A DNA stretch of 49,763 bases from Oscillospiraceae bacterium (GCA_045531755.1 JAZSEP010000083.1:1-49763), one strand, 5' to 3'. Positions 1-10,756 are shown, counted from the stretch's first letter. The notes: generated by a model from the sequence alone, not told the origin. A program made the numbers and translations.

Positions 1-29
1 ATATTAGGGCTATGCCCGAAAATGAAATA

Positions 30-57
30 CCACCCGCTATGCGGGTGGATTTTTATT
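30..57 (+). terminator. Rho-independent terminator of a gene ending upstream of the window
   Basis: Hairpin CCACCCGC (30-37) / GCGGGTGG (41-48) followed by ATTTTTATTT. Confidence 0.6.
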
Positions 58-68
58 TGTATAAACCC

Positions 69-97
69 TTGAAATAATGCGGTAAAAATGGTATAAT
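69..97 (+). promoter_or_regulatory. Sigma-A-type promoter for recJ
   Basis: TTGAAA (69-74), 17-nt spacer, TGg-TATAAT extended -10 (92-97). Confidence 0.6.
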
Positions 98-135
98 AAC
101 ATAATTAAGTAAATGAAGATGCAGGTAATTGAAAG

Positions 136-2172
136 ATGAAAAAATGGGTGCTCAGAAAAAGCGACTCCAAGAAGGCTCTTGAACTGACAACTAAATACGG
201 TCTTGACCCTCTGCTTGCCTACGTGCTGACCGCCCGTGGAATAACCGAACAGCAGGATTTGAAAAGCTATTTTTCCTCATCGGGCGAGCTTTCCGACCCG
301 TTTGCGATAAAGGATATGGACAAGGCGGTTGACAGGATACAGTCGGCTGTGGAAAACGGCGAACAGATTTGTATCTACGGCGACTACGATGCCGACGGAG
401 TGACCTCAACCGTAATATTATATAACTACCTCTCCACACTCGGCGCAATGGTGGATTACTACATCCCCGAGCGCGAGGGCGAGGGCTATGGTATGCACCG
501 CGAGGCGCTTGATAAGATAAAAGAAAACGGCACCGAGCTGATAATCACCGTCGACAACGGAATTTCCGCCTTTGACGAGGTGGAGTATGCGAAAAAACTC
601 GGTATGGACGTCGTTATCACCGACCACCACCGTCCGCCCGAGAAAATTCCAAACGCCGTTGCCGTGGTAAACCCACACAGAAAGGACTGCCCCTCAAGCT
701 TCAAAGACCTTGCGGGAGTGGGCGTTACCTTCAAGCTTCTCTGCGCCCTTGAAGGCGGAGAAAGCGATATAATAATCGACCAGTTTTCCGATTTGGTCGC
801 AATAGGCACAATTGCGGATATCGTACCGCTCAAAGACGAAAACCGACTTATAGTCAAGCAGGGACTTCGCAGAATTGCGTCCACCGACAACAACGGACTC
901 TATAGCCTTTTGGAAGTCTGCTCGCTTGCGGACAAAACGATAACGGGCGAGAGCGTTGCGTTTATAATCGCGCCCAAAATCAATGCGGCAGGCAGAATAG
1001 GCAGCGTTGACGAGGCGGTCAGAATGCTTCTTTCCGAGGATGACGAGGAAGCACTGCGGCTTGCAAACAACATTGCGGCACTCAACACGCGCCGTCGTGA
1101 TATGGAAGACAAGATAAACGCGGATATAGCCGACGCGGTAGCAAAAGACCCCAAAATCCTCAATCAAAGGGTGATATTCGCTTCGGGCGAGGGCTGGCAC
1201 GCAGGCGTCGTCGGAATAGCCGCGGCGCGACTTGCCGAAACCTATTCAAAGCCCACGGTTTTGATGACCGTTGACGGTGACGGTATGGCACACGGCTCGG
1301 CAAGAAGCAACGACGGGTTTTCCATCGTCGATGCGCTTTCGGCTTGCTCGTCGGTGCTCACAAACTACGGCGGACACACAAAAGCTGCAGGCTTTTCGCT
1401 CAAAGCCGAGAATATCGAAAGCTTTAAAAATATGCTTTGCGAGTATGCAAGGATAAATTTCCCCGAAATGCCGCAGTATACTATTGAGATTGACAAAATC
1501 GTGACCCCTGACGAGCTCACGGTTGAAAGGGTGCGCTCGCTCGATGCGATGGAACCGTTTGGCGAGGAAAACAAACGCCCGATTTTTGCGATAACGCAGG
1601 CTACCGTCGAGGAGCTTATACCGCTTGCACAGGGTAAGCACACAAAGCTTAAGCTTTCAAAGGACAGAAAAGCGTTTTTTGTCATCTGCTTTGGTATGGC
1701 AACCGACAAAGCTCCCTGCAGAGCGGGGGATGCGGTTGACGTCTGCTTCACCGCAGAGCTCAATGAATATAACGGCAGCACACAGGTTTCGCTGAAGCTC
1801 AAGGAGATAAAATCCAGCCACCTCAAGCAAAACGAGTTTTTCTCTTCACAACAGCTCTACGACCGCTTTATGTGCTGTGAAAAGCTTCCCTGCGCTGAAA
1901 GTGAGATTCCAAACCGCGACGACGTCGCTACCGTATACCGTTTTTTGAGGTCAAACGGCGGATTTTCGGGAAGCGGTGAGGTGCTCTATCTTGCCTTTAA
2001 GGACAAGATGAGCTACTGCAAAATGATGCTGATACTGCAGATAATGAAGAGCGAAAGGCTTATATCTGCATCGCTTCATTGCGCGGACGTAAATATAAAG
2101 CTTCTGCCCGTTGCAGAAAAGATAGATATAGAAAATTCACAGCTTTTGCAAAGCTTCAAGGACCAAATATAA
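136..2172 (+). CDS. recJ: Single-stranded-DNA-specific exonuclease RecJ
   Basis: 678-aa ORF with DHH-family motifs (IYGDYDADGVTS, TVDNG, ITDHH) and a DHHA1-like GGHxxAAG motif. Sits in the recJ-relA neighbourhood. Confidence 0.9.
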   Translation: MKKWVLRKSDSKKALELTTKYGLDPLLAYVLTARGITEQQDLKSYFSSSGELSDPFAIKDMDKAVDRIQSAVENGEQICIYGDYDADGVTSTVILYNYLSTLGAMVDYYIPEREGEGYGMHREALDKIKENGTELIITVDNGISAFDEVEYAKKLGMDVVITDHHRPPEKIPNAVAVVNPHRKDCPSSFKDLAGVGVTFKLLCALEGGESDIIIDQFSDLVAIGTIADIVPLKDENRLIVKQGLRRIASTDNNGLYSLLEVCSLADKTITGESVAFIIAPKINAAGRIGSVDEAVRMLLSEDDEEALRLANNIAALNTRRRDMEDKINADIADAVAKDPKILNQRVIFASGEGWHAGVVGIAAARLAETYSKPTVLMTVDGDGMAHGSARSNDGFSIVDALSACSSVLTNYGGHTKAAGFSLKAENIESFKNMLCEYARINFPEMPQYTIEIDKIVTPDELTVERVRSLDAMEPFGEENKRPIFAITQATVEELIPLAQGKHTKLKLSKDRKAFFVICFGMATDKAPCRAGDAVDVCFTAELNEYNGSTQVSLKLKEIKSSHLKQNEFFSSQQLYDRFMCCEKLPCAESEIPNRDDVATVYRFLRSNGGFSGSGEVLYLAFKDKMSYCKMMLILQIMKSERLISASLHCADVNIKLLPVAEKIDIENSQLLQSFKDQI

Positions 2173-2190
2173 CGAAAAGGAGGCAGAGAT

Positions 2191-4380
2191 ATGCAGTGCT
2201 ATTTCGAAACCTTAAAAAACAGCATAGAGCTTAGCGGCAAGCAGTATGAGCTCAAGAAGATTGAAGAAGCCTATAAAGTAGCCGAAGCGGCGCACGAGGG
2301 ACAGCTGCGCGTTTCGGGTGAAGCGTATATCTGCCATCCCGTTGCCGTCGCAAAGATACTGGTTGAGCTCGGAATGGACTCCGAAAGTATAATTGCAGCA
2401 CTTTTGCACGACGTCGTTGAGGACACCGATATAACGCTTGAACAGGTCAAAAAGAAATTCGGCGAAGAGGTCGCAAGGATGGTTGACGGCGTCACCAAGA
2501 TGGGACTTGTACCCCTCCACACAAAAGAGGAACAGCAGGCGGAAAACGTCAGAAAGATGCTCCTTGCCACCGCACAGGACGTTCGCGTGGTAATCATAAA
2601 GCTCGCCGACCGCCTTCACAATATGCGCACTATAGACGTAAAAAGCGAGCAGAAACAGCGCGACACAGCAAGGGAAACGATGGAGGTCTATGCTCCTATC
2701 GCGCACAGACTCGGTATCCGCGCGGTCAAGGAAGAGCTCGAGGACCTTTCGCTGAAATACCTCGACCCGATTTCCTACGAAGAGATTGAACAGTCGCTTG
2801 ATAAAAAGAAGGAAGAACGCGACCACTTTTTGCAGACTATCAAGGAAAAAATCAGCGACCGACTTGAAAAAGAACAACACGAAAAGCCCTATATAGAGGG
2901 CAGAGTAAAGAGCTTCTACGGCATCTACCGCAAGGTGTATATGCAGGGCAGAAATTTCGACGAGATTTTCGACGTTTATGCTGTAAGAATAATAGTGGAT
3001 ACAGTCATCGACTGCTATAACATTCTCGGCATAATCCACGATATGTTCAGACCCCTGCCCAATCGCTTCAAGGACTATATCTCCACCCCGAAGCAGAATA
3101 TGTATCAGTCACTGCACACCACCGTTATCGACAAAGAGGCGATACCCTTTGAGGTGCAGATAAGAACGTGGGATATGCACCACACCGCTGAATACGGAAT
3201 TGCGGCGCACTGGAAATATAAAGCAGGCATTCAGGGCAAGGACAAGCTCGAGGAAAGACTTGCGTGGGTTCGCCAGCTTCTTGAGGCACAGCAGGAGAGC
3301 GAGGACGTTGAGGACATCGTCCGAAACATCAAGTCCGACCTCTCGGGAGAAGAGGTTTTCGTCTTCACACCAAAGGGCGACGTGGTAAGTCTGCCGCAGG
3401 GCTCAAACGTTATCGACTTTGCCTATGCCATTCACTCGGCTGTCGGCAACAGGATGACGGGCGCCAAGGTCAACGGCAGAATAGTACCCCTTGACCATCA
3501 GGTAAAGACGGGAGAGGTCATTGATATTATAACCACCAACTCGCAGGGCGCGGGCCCAAACCGAGATTGGCTCAATATCGTAAAAACCTCGGAAGCAAGA
3601 AACAAAATCCGCGGTTGGTTCAAAAAGGAACGCCGCGAGGAAAATATACAAAACGGTATGGCTGAGGTGGAACGCGAATTCAAACGCGTGGGCATCGAGC
3701 TGGAAGATGACGAGATGAAGAAATTTATTGCGGATATCGCCCGCCGTCAGCACTTCAATCAGACCGAAGAATTTTTTGCAGCCATCGGCTATGGCGGAGT
3801 TTCGCTGTCCAAGATTATCACGCGAATCAAGGACGACTATGTAAAAGCCTATAAAACCACCGATGACCAGAAGATAGAAAAGTATCTCCAGCAAAATCAA
3901 AAGAAGTCCAAAAAACCCATCAGCGGTGTTATCGTTGAGGGAATCGACGGTTGCCTTGTGAAGTTTGCGCATTGCTGTGCACCCGTTCCGGGTGACGATA
4001 TCGTGGGCTTCATCACAAGAGGCTACGGCGTTTCGGTGCACAAGAGCGACTGCAAAAACGTGCTCAAATCGCAGAATTCTCCCGAACAGCAGGCGAGAGT
4101 TGTGCAGGCACATTGGGCAAACACCGCTGCCGAAAGCTTCAAATCCACCCTCGAGATAGTCTCGCACGACAGACAGGGTATACTTGCGGATATAAGCATC
4201 ACCATCGCAAATATGCGCGTGCCGATACATTCGCTTAACGCGCACGAAGCGACGAAAGACAAAGAAGCGGTCATACAGACGACTATAGGTATTAACGACC
4301 TCAATCAGCTAAACCTTGTCATAAACTCTCTCTCCAAAATTGACGGAGTTATCTCGGTAAAACGAACAGGAAGCAGATAG
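2191..4380 (+). CDS. relA: Bifunctional (p)ppGpp synthetase/hydrolase Rel/RelA-SpoT family
   Basis: 729 aa with an HD hydrolase motif (HDVVEDT), a RelA/SpoT synthetase region, and TGS and ACT-like C-terminal domains. AAGGAGG RBS upstream. Confidence 0.93.
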   Translation: MQCYFETLKNSIELSGKQYELKKIEEAYKVAEAAHEGQLRVSGEAYICHPVAVAKILVELGMDSESIIAALLHDVVEDTDITLEQVKKKFGEEVARMVDGVTKMGLVPLHTKEEQQAENVRKMLLATAQDVRVVIIKLADRLHNMRTIDVKSEQKQRDTARETMEVYAPIAHRLGIRAVKEELEDLSLKYLDPISYEEIEQSLDKKKEERDHFLQTIKEKISDRLEKEQHEKPYIEGRVKSFYGIYRKVYMQGRNFDEIFDVYAVRIIVDTVIDCYNILGIIHDMFRPLPNRFKDYISTPKQNMYQSLHTTVIDKEAIPFEVQIRTWDMHHTAEYGIAAHWKYKAGIQGKDKLEERLAWVRQLLEAQQESEDVEDIVRNIKSDLSGEEVFVFTPKGDVVSLPQGSNVIDFAYAIHSAVGNRMTGAKVNGRIVPLDHQVKTGEVIDIITTNSQGAGPNRDWLNIVKTSEARNKIRGWFKKERREENIQNGMAEVEREFKRVGIELEDDEMKKFIADIARRQHFNQTEEFFAAIGYGGVSLSKIITRIKDDYVKAYKTTDDQKIEKYLQQNQKKSKKPISGVIVEGIDGCLVKFAHCCAPVPGDDIVGFITRGYGVSVHKSDCKNVLKSQNSPEQQARVVQAHWANTAAESFKSTLEIVSHDRQGILADISITIANMRVPIHSLNAHEATKDKEAVIQTTIGINDLNQLNLVINSLSKIDGVISVKRTGSR

Positions 4381-4381
4381 A

Positions 4382-4999
4382 ATGAAGATAAAAGCACTTC
4401 AGGTGGGCGAGCTTGGCACAAACTGTTATCTCGTCAGCGATGATTATGGCAATACCGCAATCATCGACCCGGGCGACGACTTTGAAATGATAGCAGACGC
4501 GCTTGCAGGACTCACACCCAAAGCAATACTTTTGACCCACGGACACTTCGACCACACGGGCGCCGTTAACGCACTCAAAAGGGCATACGGCTGTGAGGTC
4601 ACCGTTTCGGTACACGACGAGGAAATGCTTTCCGACAACGTCAAAAACGTCGCATATCTCGTGGGAGCAACGCCCGAACCGATTACAGCCGAAAATTTGA
4701 TTGACGACGGCGATAGGGTAAAGGTGGGCGACCTTGAGTTTGAGGTCATTGCAACTCCGGGACACACGAAGGGATGCGTGACCTATAAAATAGAGGACAA
4801 GCTTTTCACAGGCGACACCCTTTTCAGAGGAACTGTCGGCAGATGCGACCTCTACGGCGCAAACCCCGTAAAGCTCATCCGTTCTCTGCAAAGACTTGCA
4901 GAGCTCGAGGGCGATTATGAGATTTTTGCAGGTCACGACAGAAAAACCACCCTCGAATATGAAAGACAGACAAATCACTATCTAAGGACGAAGAAATGA
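4382..4999 (+). CDS. MBL-fold metallo-hydrolase (glyoxalase II-like)
   Basis: THGHFDHTG (HxHxDH) motif. 205 aa. Start lies 2 nt after the relA stop. Confidence 0.85.
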   Translation: MKIKALQVGELGTNCYLVSDDYGNTAIIDPGDDFEMIADALAGLTPKAILLTHGHFDHTGAVNALKRAYGCEVTVSVHDEEMLSDNVKNVAYLVGATPEPITAENLIDDGDRVKVGDLEFEVIATPGHTKGCVTYKIEDKLFTGDTLFRGTVGRCDLYGANPVKLIRSLQRLAELEGDYEIFAGHDRKTTLEYERQTNHYLRTKK

Positions 5000-6456
5000 A
5001 GCTTATAATTGACAATCATAGCTTTCAGTACGAAACCGAAAATCTCTGCAAAATATTCTTTCCGTCTGTGAAGATTGAAACCTCCTTCAACGCCCCTTTT
5101 GAAGACGGAATCTATACCGGCATCGCAGAAACCGAAAACGGCTTTGAGATAACCGTCGCATACGATATCGACGGCACTTCAAGGCAAAGAAAAGCTTTCG
5201 CGCCAAAAACGGTACATCCAAAGGAGCTCGAAAGAGTTTTGGCGGTCACGCTTTATGGGATGCTCGAGGAGATAACGGGCTTTCGTTCAAAATGGGGAAT
5301 ACTCACGGGAATCCGCCCTGTGAAGCTCGTCCGCGAGTGGCACGAGCAGGGAATGAGCGATGAAGAGATAAGGAAAACCTTGACGGAGAAGTACCTCGTC
5401 AGTGAACAGAAAACCGACCTTCTGCTCAGAACCGAGAAAAACGAGCAGGCAATTTTGGAGCTGTCAAAAACCGACTCCTACAGCCTCTACGTTTCGATAC
5501 CCTTCTGCCCGACAAGATGCAGCTATTGCTCGTTTGTGTCCCACGCAATAAACAAAGCCAAAAAGCTCATCCCCGAGTATCTCGGACTTCTGTGTAAGGA
5601 GCTTGAATATACCGCGAAGATAGCAAAGGATATCGGACTCAGACTCGAAACGGTGTATATAGGCGGCGGCACCCCCACAACCCTGAGCGCCGAGGAACTC
5701 AAAACCCTCATCGACTGTATAGAGAAGAATTATGATACAAAAAATATCCGCGAGTTTACAATAGAGGCGGGCAGGCCCGACACGATAGACGCCGACAAGC
5801 TCCGAGTTATAAAGAACTCCACGGTGACCCGAATCAGCATCAATCCCCAAACGTTAAACGACGACGTTCTCTGCGAGATTGGCAGAAAGCACACCGCAAA
5901 AGAGTGCCTTGACAGCTTTGACCTGGCAAGGAAAGAGGGTATCGATAACATAAATATGGATCTCATTGCAGGTCTTCCCACCGATACTCTGGAAAGCTTT
6001 AAAAACACACTCGAGAAGATTCTCTCCCTTTCGCCCGAGAATATAACCCTTCACACCCTTTCGGTGAAGAGGGCGGCAGACCTTCGCGACGAGGGCGCAA
6101 AAATTCACGCGGCAAGCGAGGGCGTAGCTTCCAGAATGGTGGACTTCGCCTATGACAGATTCATCGAGAACGGCTATGAGCCCTACTATCTCTACAGACA
6201 GAAAAATATGCTCGAAAGCCTTGAAAACGTCGGCTATGCAAAGCACGGCTACGAGGGGCTTTATAACGTATATATAATGGATGAAACTCACACAATACTT
6301 GCTGTGGGAGCGGGTGCCGTTACAAAGCTCAAAAATCACGAAACGGATAAGCTCGAGAGGATATTTAACTTTAAATTCCCATATGAATATATAAGCAGAT
6401 ACGACGAAATAATTCAAAGAAAAGAGCTTGTGTATGATTTTTATCGCAAAGGATAA
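4996..6456 (+). CDS. Radical SAM coproporphyrinogen-dehydrogenase-like protein (HemZ/HemN family)
   Basis: CPTRCSYCSF (CxxxCxxC) radical SAM cluster motif. 486 aa. ATGA overlap with the upstream gene. Confidence 0.8.
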   Translation: MKLIIDNHSFQYETENLCKIFFPSVKIETSFNAPFEDGIYTGIAETENGFEITVAYDIDGTSRQRKAFAPKTVHPKELERVLAVTLYGMLEEITGFRSKWGILTGIRPVKLVREWHEQGMSDEEIRKTLTEKYLVSEQKTDLLLRTEKNEQAILELSKTDSYSLYVSIPFCPTRCSYCSFVSHAINKAKKLIPEYLGLLCKELEYTAKIAKDIGLRLETVYIGGGTPTTLSAEELKTLIDCIEKNYDTKNIREFTIEAGRPDTIDADKLRVIKNSTVTRISINPQTLNDDVLCEIGRKHTAKECLDSFDLARKEGIDNINMDLIAGLPTDTLESFKNTLEKILSLSPENITLHTLSVKRAADLRDEGAKIHAASEGVASRMVDFAYDRFIENGYEPYYLYRQKNMLESLENVGYAKHGYEGLYNVYIMDETHTILAVGAGAVTKLKNHETDKLERIFNFKFPYEYISRYDEIIQRKELVYDFYRKG

Positions 6457-7393
6457 CCCTCACACTCGGTACAGCGTACAGCTTTCCGATATAAACGAAC
6501 TGATAAAAAAAGACCCTGCCGCGCTGATAAAGCACACCGGAGAATACTACGATAATCAGGTGAAAAAAGCGGCAGAAGAGATAAAAAACGAAGGACGGCA
6601 TATAGTGCTTTTGTCAGGCCCGTCGGGGTCGGGAAAAACCACTACCGCGAATAAGCTGAAAAACGCGCTTTCTCTCTTTGGAAAGACTGCTCACGTCGTG
6701 AGCCTCGATGATTTTTTCCTCGGTAAAGGCAGATATCCAAAGCTCCCCGACGGAAGAGATAACTTTGAAAGCGTATATGCGCTTGATCTACAGCTCATAA
6801 GAAAAACCATCTCGGATATGCTCGATACAGGCTTTGCCGAAATGCCAAGGTTTGATTTTGGGATTTCTGAGCGCATTGACAACGCCTATCAGCTCTCGGT
6901 GGGAGAAAACGATATCGTAATTTTCGAGGGTATCCACGCGCTGAACCCCATACTGCTTCCCGAAAATCACGGCAGGGACGCCCACAGAATGTACGTTTCC
7001 CCAAAGTGTCGGGTTTTTGACGGTGACGAGGAGCTTTTCTGCGGAAAGGAGCTTCGTCTTGTGCGAAGGATGATTCGCGATTATAAGTTCAGAAACTATC
7101 TGCATCAGCAGACGGTGGCAATCTGGGATAACGTTTTAAACGGCGAGCGCGAGAATATAACCCCGTTTGCAAGCACCGCCGACAGCGTAGTAGATACCAC
7201 CCACTTTTATGAATACGGACTTTACAGCGCACAGCTTGAAAATCTTGAGTACCGCAAGGAATTTGAGAAAGAACAAAGGGTTGTGCAGGAGATAAAGAAA
7301 AAGCTTGACAGATTTCTTCCCGTGGACAAAAAGCTCGTGCCCGATAAGGCAATGATACGGGAATTTATCGGAAAGGACGATAAAGATGTTTGA
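6434..7393 (+). CDS. P-loop nucleoside/uridine-kinase-like protein
   Basis: Walker A motif GPSGSGKTT and a uridine-kinase-like fold pattern. The ATG at 6434 is preferred over the TTG at 6428, but the start is uncertain. Confidence 0.7.
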   Translation: MIFIAKDNPHTRYSVQLSDINELIKKDPAALIKHTGEYYDNQVKKAAEEIKNEGRHIVLLSGPSGSGKTTTANKLKNALSLFGKTAHVVSLDDFFLGKGRYPKLPDGRDNFESVYALDLQLIRKTISDMLDTGFAEMPRFDFGISERIDNAYQLSVGENDIVIFEGIHALNPILLPENHGRDAHRMYVSPKCRVFDGDEELFCGKELRLVRRMIRDYKFRNYLHQQTVAIWDNVLNGERENITPFASTADSVVDTTHFYEYGLYSAQLENLEYRKEFEKEQRVVQEIKKKLDRFLPVDKKLVPDKAMIREFIGKDDKDV

Positions 7394-7760
7394 TTTTGAT
7401 TCCCTGATTTCAAAGATGAAAAACGCCGCTTCGGCTGCAGGTCAAAAGACCGGAGAGCTGTACGAGTTTTCAAAGCTCAAGATGAAGGTGGTAAGCCTCA
7501 AAAACCAGCTCGGCAAGGAGTATAAAAAGCTTGGAAAGGCAGTATATCTTCAGGCGACGAGCGACGACAAATACGAGATTTACATCCAAGGAAGAATCGA
7601 CGTCATTTCTGCCATTGTTGATGAAATCAACCATATAAGCGACCTTCTTGGCAAAACACAAAAGGAAACTGAAAGATCCGACGATGCGGACGAGGAAATT
7701 CGCAGGATAAGAGCAGAGATTGCGCAGATAAAGGGCGAAATCGAAAACATAAACGAATAA
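7386..7760 (+). CDS. Hypothetical coiled-coil protein (124 aa)
   Basis: Its ATG overlaps the upstream stop (ATGTTTGA, 8-nt overlap). Heptad-like charged C-terminus. No recognisable family. Confidence 0.6.
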   Translation: MFDFDSLISKMKNAASAAGQKTGELYEFSKLKMKVVSLKNQLGKEYKKLGKAVYLQATSDDKYEIYIQGRIDVISAIVDEINHISDLLGKTQKETERSDDADEEIRRIRAEIAQIKGEIENINE

Positions 7761-7770
7761 AACGAAAGCG

Positions 7771-9513
7771 GTGCAACATTTGGAAAAAAAGACAAAACAA
7801 AGCTTTCTGCACGGCGCTGTGATACTGACAATTGCGACGGTAATCGTAAAATTGGTCGGCGCGCTTTTCAAGATACCTCTCGGTAACATAATGGGCAACA
7901 CGGGAATGGGATATTTCAACACGTCCTATAACCTTTTCAACGTGGTATATTCCCTCGCGATAGCAGGACTTCCCGTCGCGGTTGCAAAGCTCGTTGCAGA
8001 AAACGAGGCACTCGGCAGACATAAAAACACCAGAAAGATACTCAGCATATCAAGGGTGCTGTTCATAGCCACAGGACTCACAGGCACCTGCATTATGCTT
8101 TTCGGCGCAAGACTATATTCGAATGCGGTAAATAACCCCAACGCCTTCGGCGCGGTAATCGCACTTGCTCCCACAATCTTTTTTGCCTGTGTTATGAGCA
8201 TCTACCGCGGCTACTACGAGGGACTCAAAAATATGTACCCCACCGCCATTTCACAGATAGTCGAAGCGGTCATAAAGACCGTTGCAGGACTTGGATTCAC
8301 GGTGCTTGCAATGACCCTTGCAGAGAACAGCTATAGCTCAACAGGCAGTGTGTTCGGCATCGCGGTCGGTGGCGAGGAAGAGGCGCAGATTTTGATTCTC
8401 GCCTTTGCGGCGGCAGGCGCAGTGCTCGGAGTCAGCGTCAGTACAATAGGCGGAGCCGTATACCTTCTCATAAGACATCGCACGAAGGGTGACGGCATAA
8501 CTGCGCAGGAGCTTGAAGAATCGCCTGCTCCCGAGGAAACCAAAAGGATTCTCAAATCCCTCATAAAGATTGCAATTCCCGTCTGCCTCGGCGCAGTTGC
8601 GGTCAGCCTCACCTCACTTATTGACGGATTTTCCGTTATGAACAGACTCGAGGTGGCGCTCGAAGCCGATATGTCCTCGATAGTGGCGCAGTACGGCGAC
8701 GTGCTTCCCACGGCGAAGGAAGATATACCAAACTTTCTGTACGGAGCATACGGACTTGCACAGACGCTCTTCAACCTCGTTCCTGCGATAACCACGACCT
8801 TTGGAATCAGCGCACTCCCTGCAATATCTTCGGCCTGGGCACTGAAGGACGAAAGAGAGCTCACCAAAAACGTGTCCGCCGCGCTCAAAATCACCTGCCT
8901 TGTCGCTATCCCTGCAGGTATAGGAATGAGCGTGCTTTCCGAGCCTATAATAAGGCTGATATACTTCAATAAAGCCGACGAGGCGATAATTGCCGTCCCC
9001 GTTTTGCAGATTCTGGGACTCGCGGTGATGTTCGTGTCTTTTATGACACCGATAAACAGTATGCTTCAGGGAATAGGCAGAGCCGACCTCCCCGTAAAGC
9101 TTATGCTCGTGGGCGGAGCGCTCAAGCTTGTTGTAAACTATATCTTTGTCGCAATGCCGCAGTTCAATATAAAGGCGGCATCCTGGGGTACCCTCGCTTG
9201 CTACGTTTTCATAGCTTTTGCAAGCGTGATAGTGCTTGTAAAGCAGACCAAAATAAAGCTTGATTTTAAAACGGTATTTTTGAAACCGCTCATATCGGGA
9301 ATTATCTGCGGAATAACCGCTGTAGGAACGTATTTCCTGCTTTCAAAATCCTTCTCAAACGGCGTTTCTACCCTTGCTTCTATCGGGGTTGCGGCAGTAT
9401 TTTATGTGATTTCTCTGATTTTTTTAAAAACTTTAGCAAAAGATGACATTTTAATGCTTCCAAAAGGAGAAAAATTGGTAAAAATACTTGCCAAACGTAA
9501 TCTTTTGAGTTAA
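7771..9513 (+). CDS. MOP-superfamily flippase (MurJ/SpoVB/YabM-like polysaccharide biosynthesis protein)
   Basis: 580-aa polytopic membrane protein with a typical N-terminus (GAxILTxAxxxxKxxGxxFKIPL). Sits upstream of mazG as in the yabM-yabN arrangement. Confidence 0.8.
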   Translation: MQHLEKKTKQSFLHGAVILTIATVIVKLVGALFKIPLGNIMGNTGMGYFNTSYNLFNVVYSLAIAGLPVAVAKLVAENEALGRHKNTRKILSISRVLFIATGLTGTCIMLFGARLYSNAVNNPNAFGAVIALAPTIFFACVMSIYRGYYEGLKNMYPTAISQIVEAVIKTVAGLGFTVLAMTLAENSYSSTGSVFGIAVGGEEEAQILILAFAAAGAVLGVSVSTIGGAVYLLIRHRTKGDGITAQELEESPAPEETKRILKSLIKIAIPVCLGAVAVSLTSLIDGFSVMNRLEVALEADMSSIVAQYGDVLPTAKEDIPNFLYGAYGLAQTLFNLVPAITTTFGISALPAISSAWALKDERELTKNVSAALKITCLVAIPAGIGMSVLSEPIIRLIYFNKADEAIIAVPVLQILGLAVMFVSFMTPINSMLQGIGRADLPVKLMLVGGALKLVVNYIFVAMPQFNIKAASWGTLACYVFIAFASVIVLVKQTKIKLDFKTVFLKPLISGIICGITAVGTYFLLSKSFSNGVSTLASIGVAAVFYVISLIFLKTLAKDDILMLPKGEKLVKILAKRNLLS

Positions 9514-9545
9514 AATAGAAGTAATGAGTTTTTAGGAGAAAAGCC

Positions 9546-10325
9546 GTGGAATTTCAGTTTAAGGAGCGCTATGACGTTTACGACCTCGTGGCAATAATGA
9601 AGGTGCTCAGAGGCGAAAACGGATGTGCGTGGGACAGAGCACAGGACCATCATTCAATAAGAAATAATTTTCTTGAAGAGGTCTATGAAGCGGTGGAAGC
9701 TATTGACAACGAGGACAGCGAGCTTCTTCGCGAAGAGCTTGGCGACGTTCTTCTGCAGGTTGTTTTCCACAGCGGTATGGAAGAGGACGAAAATCGCTTT
9801 GATTTTGACGACGTTGCAAACGACATCTGTCAAAAGCTGGTTGTTCGTCATCCGCACGTTTTCGGTGACGTGAAAGCTGAAAACGCCGACGATGCTCTCA
9901 AAAGCTGGGATGCCGCAAAGGCACAGACGAAGGGACAGAATAAAGCGTCGGAAAAGCTTATTTCCGTTGCAAAAACTCTCCCTGCTCTCATGCGAAGCCA
10001 GAAGATACAAGGCCGTGCCGCAAAAGCAGGTATGGACTTTGAAAGCCTTTCTGCAACCCTTGAAAATCTCAAGGCAGAGATTGCCGAGCTTGAAGCCGCA
10101 ATTCAAAACGGCGACAGGGAAGAGATGGAGGGCGAGATGGGCGACGTGCTCTTTTCGGCAGTAAACGTTTCGAGATTTTTGAAGATAGAGAGCGAAGAAG
10201 CGCTTTCAAAATCCTGCGACAAGTTTGTTGACCGTTTTGTAAAGCTGGAAAATAAGCTTGAAAAACCTATCAGCGAATATTCAAGCAAGGAGCTTGACGA
10301 CGTGTGGCAGGAGATTAAAAGGTAA
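9546..10325 (+). CDS. mazG: Nucleoside triphosphate pyrophosphohydrolase MazG
   Basis: Tandem MazG motifs (EEVYEAVEAI...ELGDVLLQV and EMEGEMGDVLFSAVN). GTG start 8 nt after an AGGAG. Confidence 0.9.
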   Translation: MEFQFKERYDVYDLVAIMKVLRGENGCAWDRAQDHHSIRNNFLEEVYEAVEAIDNEDSELLREELGDVLLQVVFHSGMEEDENRFDFDDVANDICQKLVVRHPHVFGDVKAENADDALKSWDAAKAQTKGQNKASEKLISVAKTLPALMRSQKIQGRAAKAGMDFESLSATLENLKAEIAELEAAIQNGDREEMEGEMGDVLFSAVNVSRFLKIESEEALSKSCDKFVDRFVKLENKLEKPISEYSSKELDDVWQEIKR

Positions 10326-10371
10326 ACTGCGGTGGAAACCGTAATAATAAAAATTTTGGAGGAAGTTCAAG

Positions 10372-10644
10372 ATGACAAAGACAGATCTTATCAATGCAGT
10401 AGCAGCAAAAGCAGGACTTACAAAAAAGGATAGCGAGAAGGCAGTAGCAGCTTTTGTAGAAGCAGTTACAGAGTCTCTTGCAAAAGGCGAGAAGGTTGCT
10501 CTCCTCGGCTTCGGTACATTTGACGTTAAGACCCGTGCAGCAAGAAAGGGCATCAACCCCAGAACAAAGAAAGAAATCACAATCGCAGCTGCAAAGGTTC
10601 CCGCTTTCAAAGCAGGCGCTGCTCTTAAGGACGCTGTAAAATAA
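10372..10644 (+). CDS. hup: DNA-binding protein HU
   Basis: 90 aa. Canonical HU sequence ([11 protein letters not shown]...[20 protein letters not shown]). Confidence 0.96.
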   Translation: MTKTDLINAVAAKAGLTKKDSEKAVAAFVEAVTESLAKGEKVALLGFGTFDVKTRAARKGINPRTKKEITIAAAKVPAFKAGAALKDAVK

Positions 10645-10662
10645 TCAAACAATGTCTTTAGA

Positions 10663-10697
10663 TTAAGGCTACCGTCAAGGTAGCCTTAATTTTTTTC
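10663..10697 (+). terminator. Rho-independent terminator after hup
   Basis: 11-bp stem TTAAGGCTACC/GGTAGCCTTAA followed by TTTTTTT. Confidence 0.85.
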
Positions 10698-10756
10698 TCA
10701 CTTTTGGTATCATTTTCCAAAACGGTCAATAATATTAGTATAAAGAGGTGAGGAAA

